Part shown: positions 19,441 through 29,660 of the stretch, one piece after another
Layout: each line of letters opens with the position of its first letter
Numbering within the stretch: the stretch's first letter is position 1
DNA from: Deltaproteobacteria bacterium
GTDB lineage: Bacteria; Myxococcota_A; Polyangia; HGW-17; SLPX01
Direction of reading: 5' to 3'
NCBI GenBank assembly: GCA_011390535.1
Contig: JAABSF010000002.1
Coordinates: 1-38,940, forward strand
Length of the DNA stretch: 38,940 nucleotides
Position numbers and translations under genes: made by a program
Notes under the pieces: model-generated
Databases searched by the model: none
What the model was told of the DNA's origin: nothing
What the model saw: only the letters and a program-made list of their open reading frames with translations

Positions 19441-19688
19441 AACTAGCAGCAAACACCGCTCAAATGCGTTGGTTTACACGATCCCACAAAGTGTCGATGT
19501 CGATCGAACAGGCCGTCGTCTTCCGGCGACAGTCGTTGACAGGAACAGCAACTTATGAAACGTAAAAACCCCATGTGTTTTCAGGTTAGTCGTTTGATTA
19601 AGAGTTATGTGATTCAGGACAGAATCACCAGTGAAAGTTTGGGGCTGGTTGGGTTGTTGGCATTTCTCCTTGGGGTATGGTCTGACTC

Positions 19689-21407
19689 ATGTATTTGACC
19701 TCCTTTGATTGGACCGTCATTTTCGGTTATGGGGTTCTTGTTGTTGTTATTGGAGTCTTTCTTGCCCGAAGAGCCGGTAAAAACACAGAGCAATTTTTTT
19801 TAGGAGGACGATCCCTTCCTTGGTGGCTGCTTGGGACATCTATGGTGGCGACGACTTTTGCTGCAGACACCCCTTTGGCGATAACAGAAATAGTTCGCAC
19901 TGAAGGTGTCTGGGGAAACTGGTTCTGGTGGACGTGGGCGGTTGGGCACACCCTAGCTGTTTTCCTGTTTTCAAGGCTTTGGCGTCGGGCAGAGGTATTA
20001 ACTGATGCAGAGTTGATCGAGCTCCGATATTCCGGGAAAGCGGCTGCTGCACTTAGAGGTACCAAGGCCGGTCTTATGGCGCTGGTTTTTAATCTCTTGA
20101 TTTTGGGGTGGGTGACCAGGGCAATGGTGACCATTTTAAGGGAGACCATGAACATCCCGGAGGTTTGGGCACTTGTCGCCTGTGGTCTGCTGGCTGTGTT
20201 CTATGCTACGATGGCAGGTTTTTGGGGAGTTGTGATAACAGACTTGATTCAATTTGTGCTGGCGATGATAGGATCCATTTCTTTTGCTGTTTTTGCTGCG
20301 TGGAAGCTGGGTGGGTTGGATTCCTTGTTGGAAAAAGCGGAGTCCGCAAAACCAGGTGTCACAGACCTTGTACCGCAGTTGATGATAGGAGAACCCCAAA
20401 CAACGAAATTTCTCATTTTGATTTTTATAGGATGGTGGGCGACACACAACGCTGATGCCGGGGGGTACATGATGCAACGGCTCAGCTCGGCCAAAGATGA
20501 ACGACATGCGCTGGGTGGGGCAATGTGGTTTGCCGTATCCCATTATGCTTTAAGAGCCTGGCCCTGGATTTTGGTCGCCCTTGCATCTCTGTCTTTTCTT
20601 CCCCTGGATGGGTTTGCTGAACACAAGGCGGCTTATCCTCGTTTGATTGGGATGGTTCTTCCGGTCGGCCTGAGAGGTCTTATGGTGGCCTGCTTGCTGG
20701 CCGCCTTTATGTCTACTGTTGATACTCATTTGAACTGGGGGGCTTCTTATATAGTATCGGATCTTTATAAACGGTTTTTGAAAAAGGATGGCGATGAGAG
20801 ACACTATGTTTTTATCGCCAGAGTAGCTTCGGTTTTTTTAGGCGTAGCGGCGTCTTTTGTTTCTTTGGGAATTGAATCAATCAAAGGGTCTTGGGCACTT
20901 TTATATAGCATGGGCGCCGGATTGGGGCCTTTTCTAATACTCAGATGGTTTTGGTGGAGGATCAACGCATGGACTGAACTGTCGGCGCTTTTTGTATCTG
21001 TTTTTACGGGAGCATTGCTTGCAATGTTAGGGGTGGATTATGAATATCGCCTATTGATAGTTGTAGCGTCGAGTTTGCTGGGCGCATCAATAGTGACATT
21101 TCTAACAAAGCCGGTGGAGCTTTCAAAGCTGGAGAGCTTTTACAAAAAAGTTGTCCCCGGGGGTTTTTGGGGGCCGATTCGAAAGACAATGGAGAGGAAA
21201 CCTGTGCTTGAGCCCATTATGCGAAAAAGCATCGGTGTGGATCTATCCTTGGGCATTATGCTGATATATGGTGCCACTCTGGGGGTGGGAAAACTTCTCT
21301 TTCAAGAGTTGCTTCAAGGTGCATTGTTGTTCTCTATCTGTTTTGTTTCCGGTTCGGTGTTATGGTTTCGGTACAGCGGCAAAAAGTTTTTTCGGCAGGA
21401 TATATGA
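19689..21407 (+). CDS. Sodium:solute symporter (SSS/SLC5) family protein
   Basis: FFLGGRSLPWW, SMVATTFAADTP, ELRYSG, TDLIQF, QRLSSAKDE, AAFMSTVDT; many TM segments. Confidence 0.93.
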   Translation: MYLTSFDWTVIFGYGVLVVVIGVFLARRAGKNTEQFFLGGRSLPWWLLGTSMVATTFAADTPLAITEIVRTEGVWGNWFWWTWAVGHTLAVFLFSRLWRRAEVLTDAELIELRYSGKAAAALRGTKAGLMALVFNLLILGWVTRAMVTILRETMNIPEVWALVACGLLAVFYATMAGFWGVVITDLIQFVLAMIGSISFAVFAAWKLGGLDSLLEKAESAKPGVTDLVPQLMIGEPQTTKFLILIFIGWWATHNADAGGYMMQRLSSAKDERHALGGAMWFAVSHYALRAWPWILVALASLSFLPLDGFAEHKAAYPRLIGMVLPVGLRGLMVACLLAAFMSTVDTHLNWGASYIVSDLYKRFLKKDGDERHYVFIARVASVFLGVAASFVSLGIESIKGSWALLYSMGAGLGPFLILRWFWWRINAWTELSALFVSVFTGALLAMLGVDYEYRLLIVVASSLLGASIVTFLTKPVELSKLESFYKKVVPGGFWGPIRKTMERKPVLEPIMRKSIGVDLSLGIMLIYGATLGVGKLLFQELLQGALLFSICFVSGSVLWFRYSGKKFFRQDI

Positions 21408-22603
21408 TGAATAAATTCCAATTTCTTTTTCTGTTATTTTTTTTGGCGGCTTGTTCGGATACCGGCGGTGAGACGTTGGATGCATCATTAGATGGAGGGG
21501 TTGATCCTGATGGAACACTCCCCCTGGATGCTTCAGACGACGCTACGACTCAACTTGATTCCCAAACACCTGATGCGGAAGTTCCTGAGCTTAATGTGAT
21601 TTTTTTTGATGTAGGCCAGGGAGATTCTACTTTGCTCCAATCATCAAGAAACAGGGCGGCGCTGATAGACACCGGAAGGACAGTGGAGAATGCCGGCAAG
21701 GTGGGCGATGTTTTGTGGCCTTCTTCTTTCTATTATACCGTTTTGGTGACTTCGCATTTTGATGCCGATCACATGGGGTCAGCCTCGAGAATTGTATGTG
21801 GATATGATGGAGCCCCGGGGGTTGCTGGAGTGGATGACAATGGAGATGGTTATACAGACTCACGGGTTTTGCAGGGCGAATACGGTTTTCCAGGGAGCGA
21901 TGATTTTGTTTTTTCTACAGTCTGGGATAGAGGTGATTATGATTTGCCGGACACAACCCTTATGGAAGAATATCTGGCGGCTTTTTACGGTGTACGTTAT
22001 ACCCCTGAGACGGGTGAGTTTTTGAATTTGGGTATGGATGATCTCAAGATCGAGGTTGTTACAGTAAATGGTGAAATACTTGGAGGGGATTTTTTCGAGC
22101 CGGAGGATGAAAACGGTCGCTCCCTTTCTGTGCTGGTTTCCTTTGGTGATTTTCATCTCTTGATTGCTGGTGACTTACCCACAGAAGGCGAAAATATACT
22201 AGCCCAAACTCTTTTCGACAGAGGTGTTGCTCTCAATGTTCTTCGTGCCGGACACCATGGTTCCGATACGTCCACCGGTGAGCTTATTCTTGATTACCTT
22301 CAGCCTGAGGTTGTGGTGATTTCCGTCGGGGACAGCCAGAGTTGTGGCCCGGGGTTCAATGCATATGGGCATCCTTCTCAAGATGTTTTAGATCGCCTGG
22401 CGGCAGGATCCGTGGAAATGGTTTTTCAAACACAACAAGGAGGTGCACGCCCGGCGACAGGGGTATGTACACCAGCGACAGGTGAAACGTATCCCCGCAA
22501 TTATTACAATCTTGATGTAGTATTCGCTTCAGATGATATCTTTCTATCTACTCAAGGAAGTGGTTACACAATAGAAGCGGCAGGAGTCACTTACAGTTTT
22601 TAG
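21404..22603 (+). CDS. ComEC/Rec2-type metallo-beta-lactamase-fold hydrolase, lipoprotein
   Basis: Lipobox FLAAC; DVGQGDS, IDTG, SHFDADHMG, AGD, GHHGS, ISVG, YGHP; ATGA overlap with the symporter stop. Confidence 0.88.
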   Translation: MMNKFQFLFLLFFLAACSDTGGETLDASLDGGVDPDGTLPLDASDDATTQLDSQTPDAEVPELNVIFFDVGQGDSTLLQSSRNRAALIDTGRTVENAGKVGDVLWPSSFYYTVLVTSHFDADHMGSASRIVCGYDGAPGVAGVDDNGDGYTDSRVLQGEYGFPGSDDFVFSTVWDRGDYDLPDTTLMEEYLAAFYGVRYTPETGEFLNLGMDDLKIEVVTVNGEILGGDFFEPEDENGRSLSVLVSFGDFHLLIAGDLPTEGENILAQTLFDRGVALNVLRAGHHGSDTSTGELILDYLQPEVVVISVGDSQSCGPGFNAYGHPSQDVLDRLAAGSVEMVFQTQQGGARPATGVCTPATGETYPRNYYNLDVVFASDDIFLSTQGSGYTIEAAGVTYSF

Positions 22604-22613
22604 GAGTGACTCG

Positions 22614-23162
22614 TCACCCTCCCAGGTAAAGGCCGCAGTTAGGGCATTCCCCTTCTTTCAGCGGCTCTTTAGACCCGCAGGCCGGACAGGCGGGCTCTTC
22701 TCCATCGTCGTCATCATATTCTTCGCCGGATTCTTCATCGTCGCCATGGTTCATTTCTTCTTCTGTCGGTTCTGCTTCACTGTCATTCATAAACTGCAGT
22801 CCGTCTTTTTCCAGCAGATCCTTCCATTCGTCGTTCAAAAGCCCAATTGCTCTTTCTAAATCCTCTTCCGCCACTAATACGTCTAGAACCATCGCGACAC
22901 CTGAGCGGGGGTCTACGTCTTCGGCTGGAATTATTACGGCGGGGATTTGTATACTCAGCAATGTATCTACGATTTCTTTGCAGGCCGACACGCTACCTCG
23001 AACTATCGCTGCAAGTTCTTTGTCTTTAAGAAAATCAACCGCTCTTTCCGGTGTAATTGGCTCCGGCACATCCTCGATATTCGAAACCAGGCCCACATTA
23101 CAGCTCCCACAGACTTCAAACCCTTCTTCAAATTCAGCACGACATTTTGGACAAAATGGCAA
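22614..23162 (-). CDS. Zinc-ribbon protein with central DUF2007/PII-like domain
   Basis: N-terminal CPKC..CGSC, C-terminal CPAC..CPNC, acidic linker; TTG start after AAGGAGG, 1 bp from the upstream stop. Confidence 0.75.
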   Translation of the reverse strand: MPFCPKCRAEFEEGFEVCGSCNVGLVSNIEDVPEPITPERAVDFLKDKELAAIVRGSVSACKEIVDTLLSIQIPAVIIPAEDVDPRSGVAMVLDVLVAEEDLERAIGLLNDEWKDLLEKDGLQFMNDSEAEPTEEEMNHGDDEESGEEYDDDDGEEPACPACGSKEPLKEGECPNCGLYLGG

Positions 23163-23163
23163 T

Positions 23164-26100
23164 TTATATCCTCCCTTTTTTCGATGTATAGGTTGCCAAA
23201 ACAGCTCTGCCCACCGGTTTTGGTTCTGCTGGAGCAACATATGGGGAGCTTTCTATATCTGAACAATATGGCGGGATATTTCTTATGATGCCTTCTGTCA
23301 CAAGGGTGACGCTCCCGCCGGGGTCAAAAGACATTGCCGAGAAAGCCTCTTGCTCTCGCAGCAGTCCGGCGAGCTCTCTATAAGTTGCTCCCACGCTGTC
23401 ACGTATTCTCCCGTTTACGGCAAGCACAATCATCTCTGAATCCCGGGTCAACCCCACACCAAGTTTTGGGCTGCGAAGGTTTTCCAAGTCTACTCTCCCC
23501 GATTGAGTCAATCTGGAATTTCTAGTTTTCCAACCTTCAGCCTTCAAATCTATCGCCATCCTATTGTTTTGTAAAAGCAGGGGACCTGCTTCGATGGCAT
23601 GTACCATGTCTTTCCAAAAACTCGGCCAGGCAAAATCATAAACTATTTCTGTGCCTGCGAAATATGTATCTGCCAGCAAGTCATAATACATCTCCAGATT
23701 TACACTTAAGTGTAGACCCACCGGTTTTAGTTCGATTTCATTTTGGTTTGTTTCGTCAGGCAAAATGATGTCGGTGACGTGTCGGCCGGCGAGTACCAAT
23801 ATTGCTCTGTCTTCTATGGGTATTTTGGGTTTTGAGTGGTTTAGAGTGTAAATGGCTGTTTCGTCGTGTGGTGGAACTTCTGGGTTGATAGCACTTTTTT
23901 TCCAACTGATTCGAGGAGCGGTTGGATTATTTGTTTTAATCGACCCGGGGAAATTTAGTTTCAACCTGGCAATATGGGGGCGACCGTTCTTATCAAAAGC
24001 CAGGGCGGGTCTGTTGAATAAAGGCGGAGATAATATGCGACTGTTGATCATGAGCAAGCCCAGGGGAGAACCTAACAGTTCTTTTGACAAGCCCAATTGA
24101 TGCATCACCTTTTCGCTGATCATATATCCGCCGTTCCATGCGGCAGCTACTTGGTTTCCTGTCTCCCCTTCATAACGCAGAGCTATGTCCAAAACAGTTT
24201 CTTCTGCATGTCTGGCATTTTGCAGTGCAAAGGAGAAAACGGAGTTTTCAGGGTGCATTTTTAAACGTGCAATTACAGATGTATAGGGTAGCCCATCATT
24301 ATGGCGGCCGCACATATGTTCAAGTCGAAGATGTTTTGTTTCGTGGATTTCGGTATTCTTTTCGGTCAGACTTTCCGACAAAATATTTTGTACTGGAGAT
24401 GCTGTCAGCTCTGAATGAGTTTCTATCAGACTCCAAGCTCTATCTTTGCCTCTTTCCAAACACTCTAGTGTGCGAAAAGAAGGAGAGTTAAGCAAACAGG
24501 AGAGATCCTTGCTCGTCTGCAAAGAAAAAGGGTGTCCGATTGTCGGCCGGATTCTTCGAGGCACGAACTGCAGATAGGAAGCTCCTTTGGGAATTCCCAT
24601 GAGGGCAGCCGCTGGGCTTTCGGTTATTGTCCCGAAACGAAAGCAAGGCAGATCCAAGAGGTCCAGGGTGTGTGCATTATGATCTCCCGATGCTGTTATC
24701 ATGCCATTGGACTGTCTAAGAAGCTTTATGCGTGAGAGCAGCTTTTCGCCGAGTTGTCCCAAATCCGTGCCGAAAGATGTGGACTTCGCAGCAATAATTT
24801 GAAAACGGTTTTCTGTCATGGCCTTTTTCAGGGGCGCCAACGTCTCAAGTTCTAAAAGCTGTTTTAAGTCTTGAGTTGTTGTTCTGTCACCTAATGATGT
24901 CTCTCTCGCAACAAATGTTATCGAATAATCCTCTCCGGTTCGTGCGGTTACAGCCCGCCAGTGCTCTAGGAGGTACTGTCCCAAGATAAGCAGTTCAAAA
25001 AACAAAGTCTTCCAGGAGCCTGTAAAATGAATTAAGTGTCGTGGTTGATGAACGACTTCTTGCAGAAAAATGGAGGCGTCATCTATCGGGAGGAACTGGG
25101 ACATGTTCCCAATTATTTGAGATAACAGCTTTGATGTGGGGGTTGTTCCTTCCTTGAGGGAAGAAAATGCTCCCAGTCCACTCAGGAGCCTTAAGCGTTT
25201 CACCCATGTGTTGGCATGAAAAGACAGTGAGCCCCAAAGCGTTTGTGATATTTTCCAATACTCTTCAGGATCTCCGGAGCGAGGCTCGAAATCGGGGCCG
25301 AAAACTTGCTTTGCTACAGTGCCCACTGCTCCCATGATTTGTTGCTCTGTAAGATCTTCATGGAGCCTTTTTTTGAAAAACCGGCGTCTGTACATCAGGG
25401 AGTGGTCTGAGAAGATAGTGGCTGCTTCGCCGGGGAGAGAAAACAATGCCTCGGTAGCCATCATAAAACGGACGAGCATTCTTCTTTGCACGGCGTGGCA
25501 ACGGACCAAGCTCAGAGCAAATCGAAAAATACGCTCTCTCAGCTCTCTCTCCTGGACAAGATGACCTGATTGCTCCATGAGCCCTTGTGTTGTGCTGATA
25601 TACCCCAAAAGCCAATAACCGGGAAGATATTGTCTTGTCTGTGAATTGGTTGCCGCCTTCAATTCCGTTTCTGAGCGGGAATCTATCAAGGTTTCTATCC
25701 CTTTACGCGCAATCCCAAATGCTTGTCTCTGGGACAATATCCACATGTCGGTTAGAATTTGGCGCCACGCCGGAATAAGAACGGTTTGTGAAAATCGCAG
25801 CTTCGCGACCTTCATATTGTGGGCTCGCAGTGAATCCAACTTTTTTCGATCAAAAAGCAGATCCAACGCTTCGGCTATAGCTTCTCTGTCTTTGCCTGGA
25901 CGTAAGGTTATGATTTGTAATCGTTCATCCGGCTCGTCCGGAGAGCCGATAACGTGCTGATACACAGCCTCAGGGGAAAAGTGTGTTGAAAGGATCGGGA
26001 CACCGCTTGCTGCTGCTTCTCTGATTGGCAACGCCCGGCCTTCGGTTTCACTCGGCAACAAGACGAGATCGGCGATTGTGTATATCTCTGAGAGAGTAAC

Positions 26101-27471
26101 GCCGGCAGCCGGAGATTTCTCATTGGGTGAGTCCGAAACCAACTGCCCAAAAAGAAAACCAACAAAAAAGTTTTTTGAGACAGAGGAGTCCATCTGAGAA
26201 AATGTGTAAGCTATTTTGGAGATAAACTCCTCGAAATACAGCTCATAGCCCATCCCTATGCGGCCTGTTATTAAGAGCAATATGTTTGAATATTTTGAGA
26301 GTAATCTTTTTTGCGTCTCTTTTCTTGAGAGCTCCAACAACAAGTCAAGATCACGTTCAACCCTTCTAGCTGGAACCATTCTTGTGGGCTGAAGAAGGAC
26401 AAATGTTTTTGGGTTTATTTCAAGATGAAGGTCTTTTTTTGAACTTAAAATAAGAGGCTGTCTTGAAAGGAAACTGGCAGGCTCAAAGTGATGCGCGGCC
26501 TCTGTTTCCACGGCGGTGCCATCTGATCCAAACATTTGACCGAGCCGATTATATATCGCGGTCCGATTATTTATGTTTACATCGTGGCGAAACTTTTCTG
26601 TATCTACAACTGTAGGTAGAGTGTGTACCCTGGCAGGATTGATTCCTTTGGTTTCTTTTAGATACATGCTCTGCGCTTCCGATGCGTTTGCATGTATCCA
26701 TAATGGAGAATCCCAAGGATATAAAGTCTCCAGAATGGAGGTGATTTCGGGCAAATGCTTGTTTCTATCAAAGCAAACTGATGGTAGTTGGAAGTTGGTG
26801 GCGGGCTTATGTTCCCAGAAAAAACTACCGTTTAAGCAAATCACCGGTATTCTTCCTAGTTCGGCCGCCAAAATGAGCGCTACGGTTGAAGATATGTCCA
26901 TTGGCAGCGAGAGAATATCCGCGGCTAATATAATCTCTGTCCCTGCTTCTTGGAAATAGGCCCCAAGACGTGAAGCAAGCTTTAGGGTCTGTTTCCAAAT
27001 AATCTGAGGTAATGATCGATAGGCTTCATGAGATCTTTCCAGTTTTATTCCAAAGAGTTGATGATAGGCGTCTTTCCATTGATCAAAACCTCCAAACCCT
27101 GGTATTTGGTAGTATTTGTTTTTTGGGCCTCTTATGTGCGGTGTATAAGGTAAAATTCGTCCAGCAATCCAATGGATGATGGCAGTGGGTTCTTTGTCTG
27201 TTTCCAGGGTTTTCCTTATGGCCCAAGCTGTTTTTACCAACTCATTTCCTAAAGAATCCGGGGCGAGGCGATATGAAACTACAGCGATCGAGTGTTTTGT
27301 TTTTTTTAGAAATTCTTTCAGGGAGAGATCCTGATCGCTTGTAGCAATGTCGAGATGTCTACCTTTGAGACCTTCCATCATAAGCGAAAGATCTTGCCAT
27401 GTGCCTACCCCGTATGATTCCAGAGCAGCCAGTTTTTCCACAAGATTTTGGCGTGCGTTATTATCATTCAT
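23164..27471 (-). CDS. GT4 glycosyltransferase fused to a phosphodiester glycosidase (NAGPA-like) domain
   Basis: GT4: LLQPTRMVPARRVERD, PSETEGRALPIREAAASGVP (Ex7E). C-terminus: AWNGGY, PPLFNRPAL, AIEAGPLLL, RSPKLGVG, VNGR..SVGAT, FDPGGS. Confidence 0.82.
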   Translation of the reverse strand: MNDNNARQNLVEKLAALESYGVGTWQDLSLMMEGLKGRHLDIATSDQDLSLKEFLKKTKHSIAVVSYRLAPDSLGNELVKTAWAIRKTLETDKEPTAIIHWIAGRILPYTPHIRGPKNKYYQIPGFGGFDQWKDAYHQLFGIKLERSHEAYRSLPQIIWKQTLKLASRLGAYFQEAGTEIILAADILSLPMDISSTVALILAAELGRIPVICLNGSFFWEHKPATNFQLPSVCFDRNKHLPEITSILETLYPWDSPLWIHANASEAQSMYLKETKGINPARVHTLPTVVDTEKFRHDVNINNRTAIYNRLGQMFGSDGTAVETEAAHHFEPASFLSRQPLILSSKKDLHLEINPKTFVLLQPTRMVPARRVERDLDLLLELSRKETQKRLLSKYSNILLLITGRIGMGYELYFEEFISKIAYTFSQMDSSVSKNFFVGFLFGQLVSDSPNEKSPAAGVTLSEIYTIADLVLLPSETEGRALPIREAAASGVPILSTHFSPEAVYQHVIGSPDEPDERLQIITLRPGKDREAIAEALDLLFDRKKLDSLRAHNMKVAKLRFSQTVLIPAWRQILTDMWILSQRQAFGIARKGIETLIDSRSETELKAATNSQTRQYLPGYWLLGYISTTQGLMEQSGHLVQERELRERIFRFALSLVRCHAVQRRMLVRFMMATEALFSLPGEAATIFSDHSLMYRRRFFKKRLHEDLTEQQIMGAVGTVAKQVFGPDFEPRSGDPEEYWKISQTLWGSLSFHANTWVKRLRLLSGLGAFSSLKEGTTPTSKLLSQIIGNMSQFLPIDDASIFLQEVVHQPRHLIHFTGSWKTLFFELLILGQYLLEHWRAVTARTGEDYSITFVARETSLGDRTTTQDLKQLLELETLAPLKKAMTENRFQIIAAKSTSFGTDLGQLGEKLLSRIKLLRQSNGMITASGDHNAHTLDLLDLPCFRFGTITESPAAALMGIPKGASYLQFVPRRIRPTIGHPFSLQTSKDLSCLLNSPSFRTLECLERGKDRAWSLIETHSELTASPVQNILSESLTEKNTEIHETKHLRLEHMCGRHNDGLPYTSVIARLKMHPENSVFSFALQNARHAEETVLDIALRYEGETGNQVAAAWNGGYMISEKVMHQLGLSKELLGSPLGLLMINSRILSPPLFNRPALAFDKNGRPHIARLKLNFPGSIKTNNPTAPRISWKKSAINPEVPPHDETAIYTLNHSKPKIPIEDRAILVLAGRHVTDIILPDETNQNEIELKPVGLHLSVNLEMYYDLLADTYFAGTEIVYDFAWPSFWKDMVHAIEAGPLLLQNNRMAIDLKAEGWKTRNSRLTQSGRVDLENLRSPKLGVGLTRDSEMIVLAVNGRIRDSVGATYRELAGLLREQEAFSAMSFDPGGSVTLVTEGIIRNIPPYCSDIESSPYVAPAEPKPVGRAVLATYTSKKGRI

Positions 27472-27857
27472 GCGAATGCTCTATAATAGTCAAATCTATA
27501 CTGCAGATGAAAATTGAATCCATAATGATAAAATAATCCACAGTTGGACGGCAACAGCTTTAGCCTTTAATTGCGTTACCGTCTCAATATCGGCAAAAAA
27601 CCAGCATTTCCTGGAAATAAGTAACAAGTTTTTTTGAAACATTTTCCATGGTTTCTTTTGTGTCGGATGACAGCTTAATAAGCTCATCACCAAATGGTTA
27701 CAATGCAATTATAAATCAAGACGATATCTCGTCATCATAACACACCGAAGTTCTTTTTTTACAGCACTGGTGCAATAATTGAAAGAGTTGTGTAACAATA
27801 ATTCGTTTTCCGAACCAGAAGGAACGAGAAAGGCGGCGGGATGTAATTCAAAAATTT

Positions 27858-28646
27858 TTAGGTTTTTCGTACTTTTTCAAGTGTCGTTTTAATGAGATTG
27901 ACATTTACGCAGGTGTCTTTGCATGGTCCGTTTGGGCGATGGTTTAATATTCCCATCACCGGGAGGTGTGGGATGTCACGAATACCCTCTGTAAGATCTC
28001 TTTCACAAGCTACCGCAATGATTAGTTTGGGACGTGTCTTTTTTACAATCTGACGTGCTACTTCTCCGCCTGTAGCGACGGCGATTGTGACGTTGGGCAT
28101 TTCCTCCATGAGCTCTCTTAATGAACCAAGATCGCATTTTCCACAGCTTTTGCACTTGTGGAGATCATTGGTTACTCTTATCCCGCAACCCGAAAACTGC
28201 AAGCAGTGTGGGACGAGCACAAGAATCGAAGAGTCGGCCTCTACGCTGTCAATGAGTTGACTTTGTGTCAGAGCGTTGTTGACCTCCAAAAATGACCTCT
28301 GGATCTCTTCTTTGTGTAGGCCTATCAAGCGGCCGATTAAGAGGGCCGCCGGTAAGAGAGCTTTAGTCGCCCAGTGCCGCTTGTTTCCGTTTCCCATGAT
28401 GGGTTTGCCTGTGTGAATGGCCAGCGCGGCTAATAACACTCCTCCAAGGAGGTAACTAAGTGCTCCAATGCCGATGACCATCATTACTGGGGATATATAA
28501 GATGATATTTGACGAAGCCTTGGATCCAACAAAAAGATGAACAGCGCAAAGATCAACCCCATGCCCAAAATGCTTAAGAGCGAAAGATAGAAAAAAGTAC
28601 GCTTATGGCTTCTTTCTTTGCTTTCTTCACTTTGTAATTGGCCCAT
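27858..28646 (-). CDS. DUF116 domain membrane protein
   Basis: Two TM helices; LVPHCLQ..C..CKSCGKC, VATGG, AVACERDL..G, RPNGPCKDT; start placed at ATG 28646. Confidence 0.85.
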   Translation of the reverse strand: MGQLQSEESKERSHKRTFFYLSLLSILGMGLIFALFIFLLDPRLRQISSYISPVMMVIGIGALSYLLGGVLLAALAIHTGKPIMGNGNKRHWATKALLPAALLIGRLIGLHKEEIQRSFLEVNNALTQSQLIDSVEADSSILVLVPHCLQFSGCGIRVTNDLHKCKSCGKCDLGSLRELMEEMPNVTIAVATGGEVARQIVKKTRPKLIIAVACERDLTEGIRDIPHLPVMGILNHRPNGPCKDTCVNVNLIKTTLEKVRKT

Positions 28647-28757
28647 TTGCTCTTCCTTTGGAACGCTTACATCGTTATGTTGTGTATAATAGTATTCTGA
28701 AAAAAAGTCTACCCTTCTATTTTTGTTGTAAGAGAGGTTCAATGTGTAGGCAGAATG

Positions 28758-29660
28758 CTATTTCGGAGGATGAGGTGAATTTCCATGGTGCGCTTTTGCT
28801 TGACGCTGGTATAGTAGGATAAAGGCGGTTACAGTTACAAAACAAAGGATAATTGAGACTAGCTGCGATGTAGAAAGAAAAGAGGGTGCCCCCTCTGGGA
28901 TCGACAAATATTTGTTTAACAAAGGAGTCTCCAGCTTTTTGATGTACCCCCTCGTAGGATCTCCACGAAAAATTTCGGTAAAAAACCTCAGCACCGCATA
29001 TGCGATGAGATAGAGAAAAATCACCCCTCCGTGAAAAGGTTTCTTGCGCTCGAAATACAAGATTCCCATAAAAATGGCAACTTCACCAAATGATTCGTAG
29101 AGCTGTACGGGGTGCAGGGGCATTGTCTCTGATGCTGTTACGGCGAGGACACCTTTGTTTTGCAAATCATCCATTGCGACAGATTCAGCGGGAAAACGTG
29201 CCGACAGAAAACCTGTTGCAGGTTTTCCCCAACAGCATCCGACACCGTAGCAACCCAAACGACCAAGGGCGTGACCTATGGACAGACCAGGTGCGATACC
29301 ATCGGCGGCTTTCAAAAAAGAAATTTTCTTTAGTTTAACCACCAAGGCCCCGGCGCACAAGGCGGCGATTACTCCTCCATAGAAAACAAACCCTCCATCC
29401 CAAAAAGCAAAAACAGTCAAAGGGCGGGCGGAAAAGCTCTGCGGGTTTGTCAATACATACATAATTCTTGAGCCGACGATAGAGGAAACCAATATCCAAA
29501 AAAGCAGATCGAGCATGTCATCTCGCTCTATTTTCAGAAAAGCGCTTCGCCGATAGATTACAACCAACGCAGCGAGATAGCCCACCGACATCATCACACC
29601 GTATGATCCGATTACTATCGGATGCCCCAATATTTCGAACTCAAACAGTTTCGGAAGCAA
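28758..29660 (-). CDS. lgt: Prolipoprotein diacylglyceryl transferase, second copy
   Basis: SYG, GSRIMYV, WDGGFVFYGG, GRLGCYGVGCCWG, HPVQLYE, RFFTEIFRGD. Confidence 0.92.
   Translation of the reverse strand: MLPKLFEFEILGHPIVIGSYGVMMSVGYLAALVVIYRRSAFLKIERDDMLDLLFWILVSSIVGSRIMYVLTNPQSFSARPLTVFAFWDGGFVFYGGVIAALCAGALVVKLKKISFLKAADGIAPGLSIGHALGRLGCYGVGCCWGKPATGFLSARFPAESVAMDDLQNKGVLAVTASETMPLHPVQLYESFGEVAIFMGILYFERKKPFHGGVIFLYLIAYAVLRFFTEIFRGDPTRGYIKKLETPLLNKYLSIPEGAPSFLSTSQLVSIILCFVTVTAFILLYQRQAKAHHGNSPHPPK

Noticed and set aside
21362-22603. Calling the MBL gene comEC
   Set aside because: It lacks the multi-TM competence channel domain.
27496-27708. 70-aa ORF upstream of the GT4 fusion
   Set aside because: No RBS or recognisable motif; probably promoter region.
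27767-27783. Sigma54-like CTGGTGCAATAATTGAA on the + strand, also an NtrC-like half-site
   Set aside because: No + strand gene follows and the -12 is imperfect; cannot be supported.
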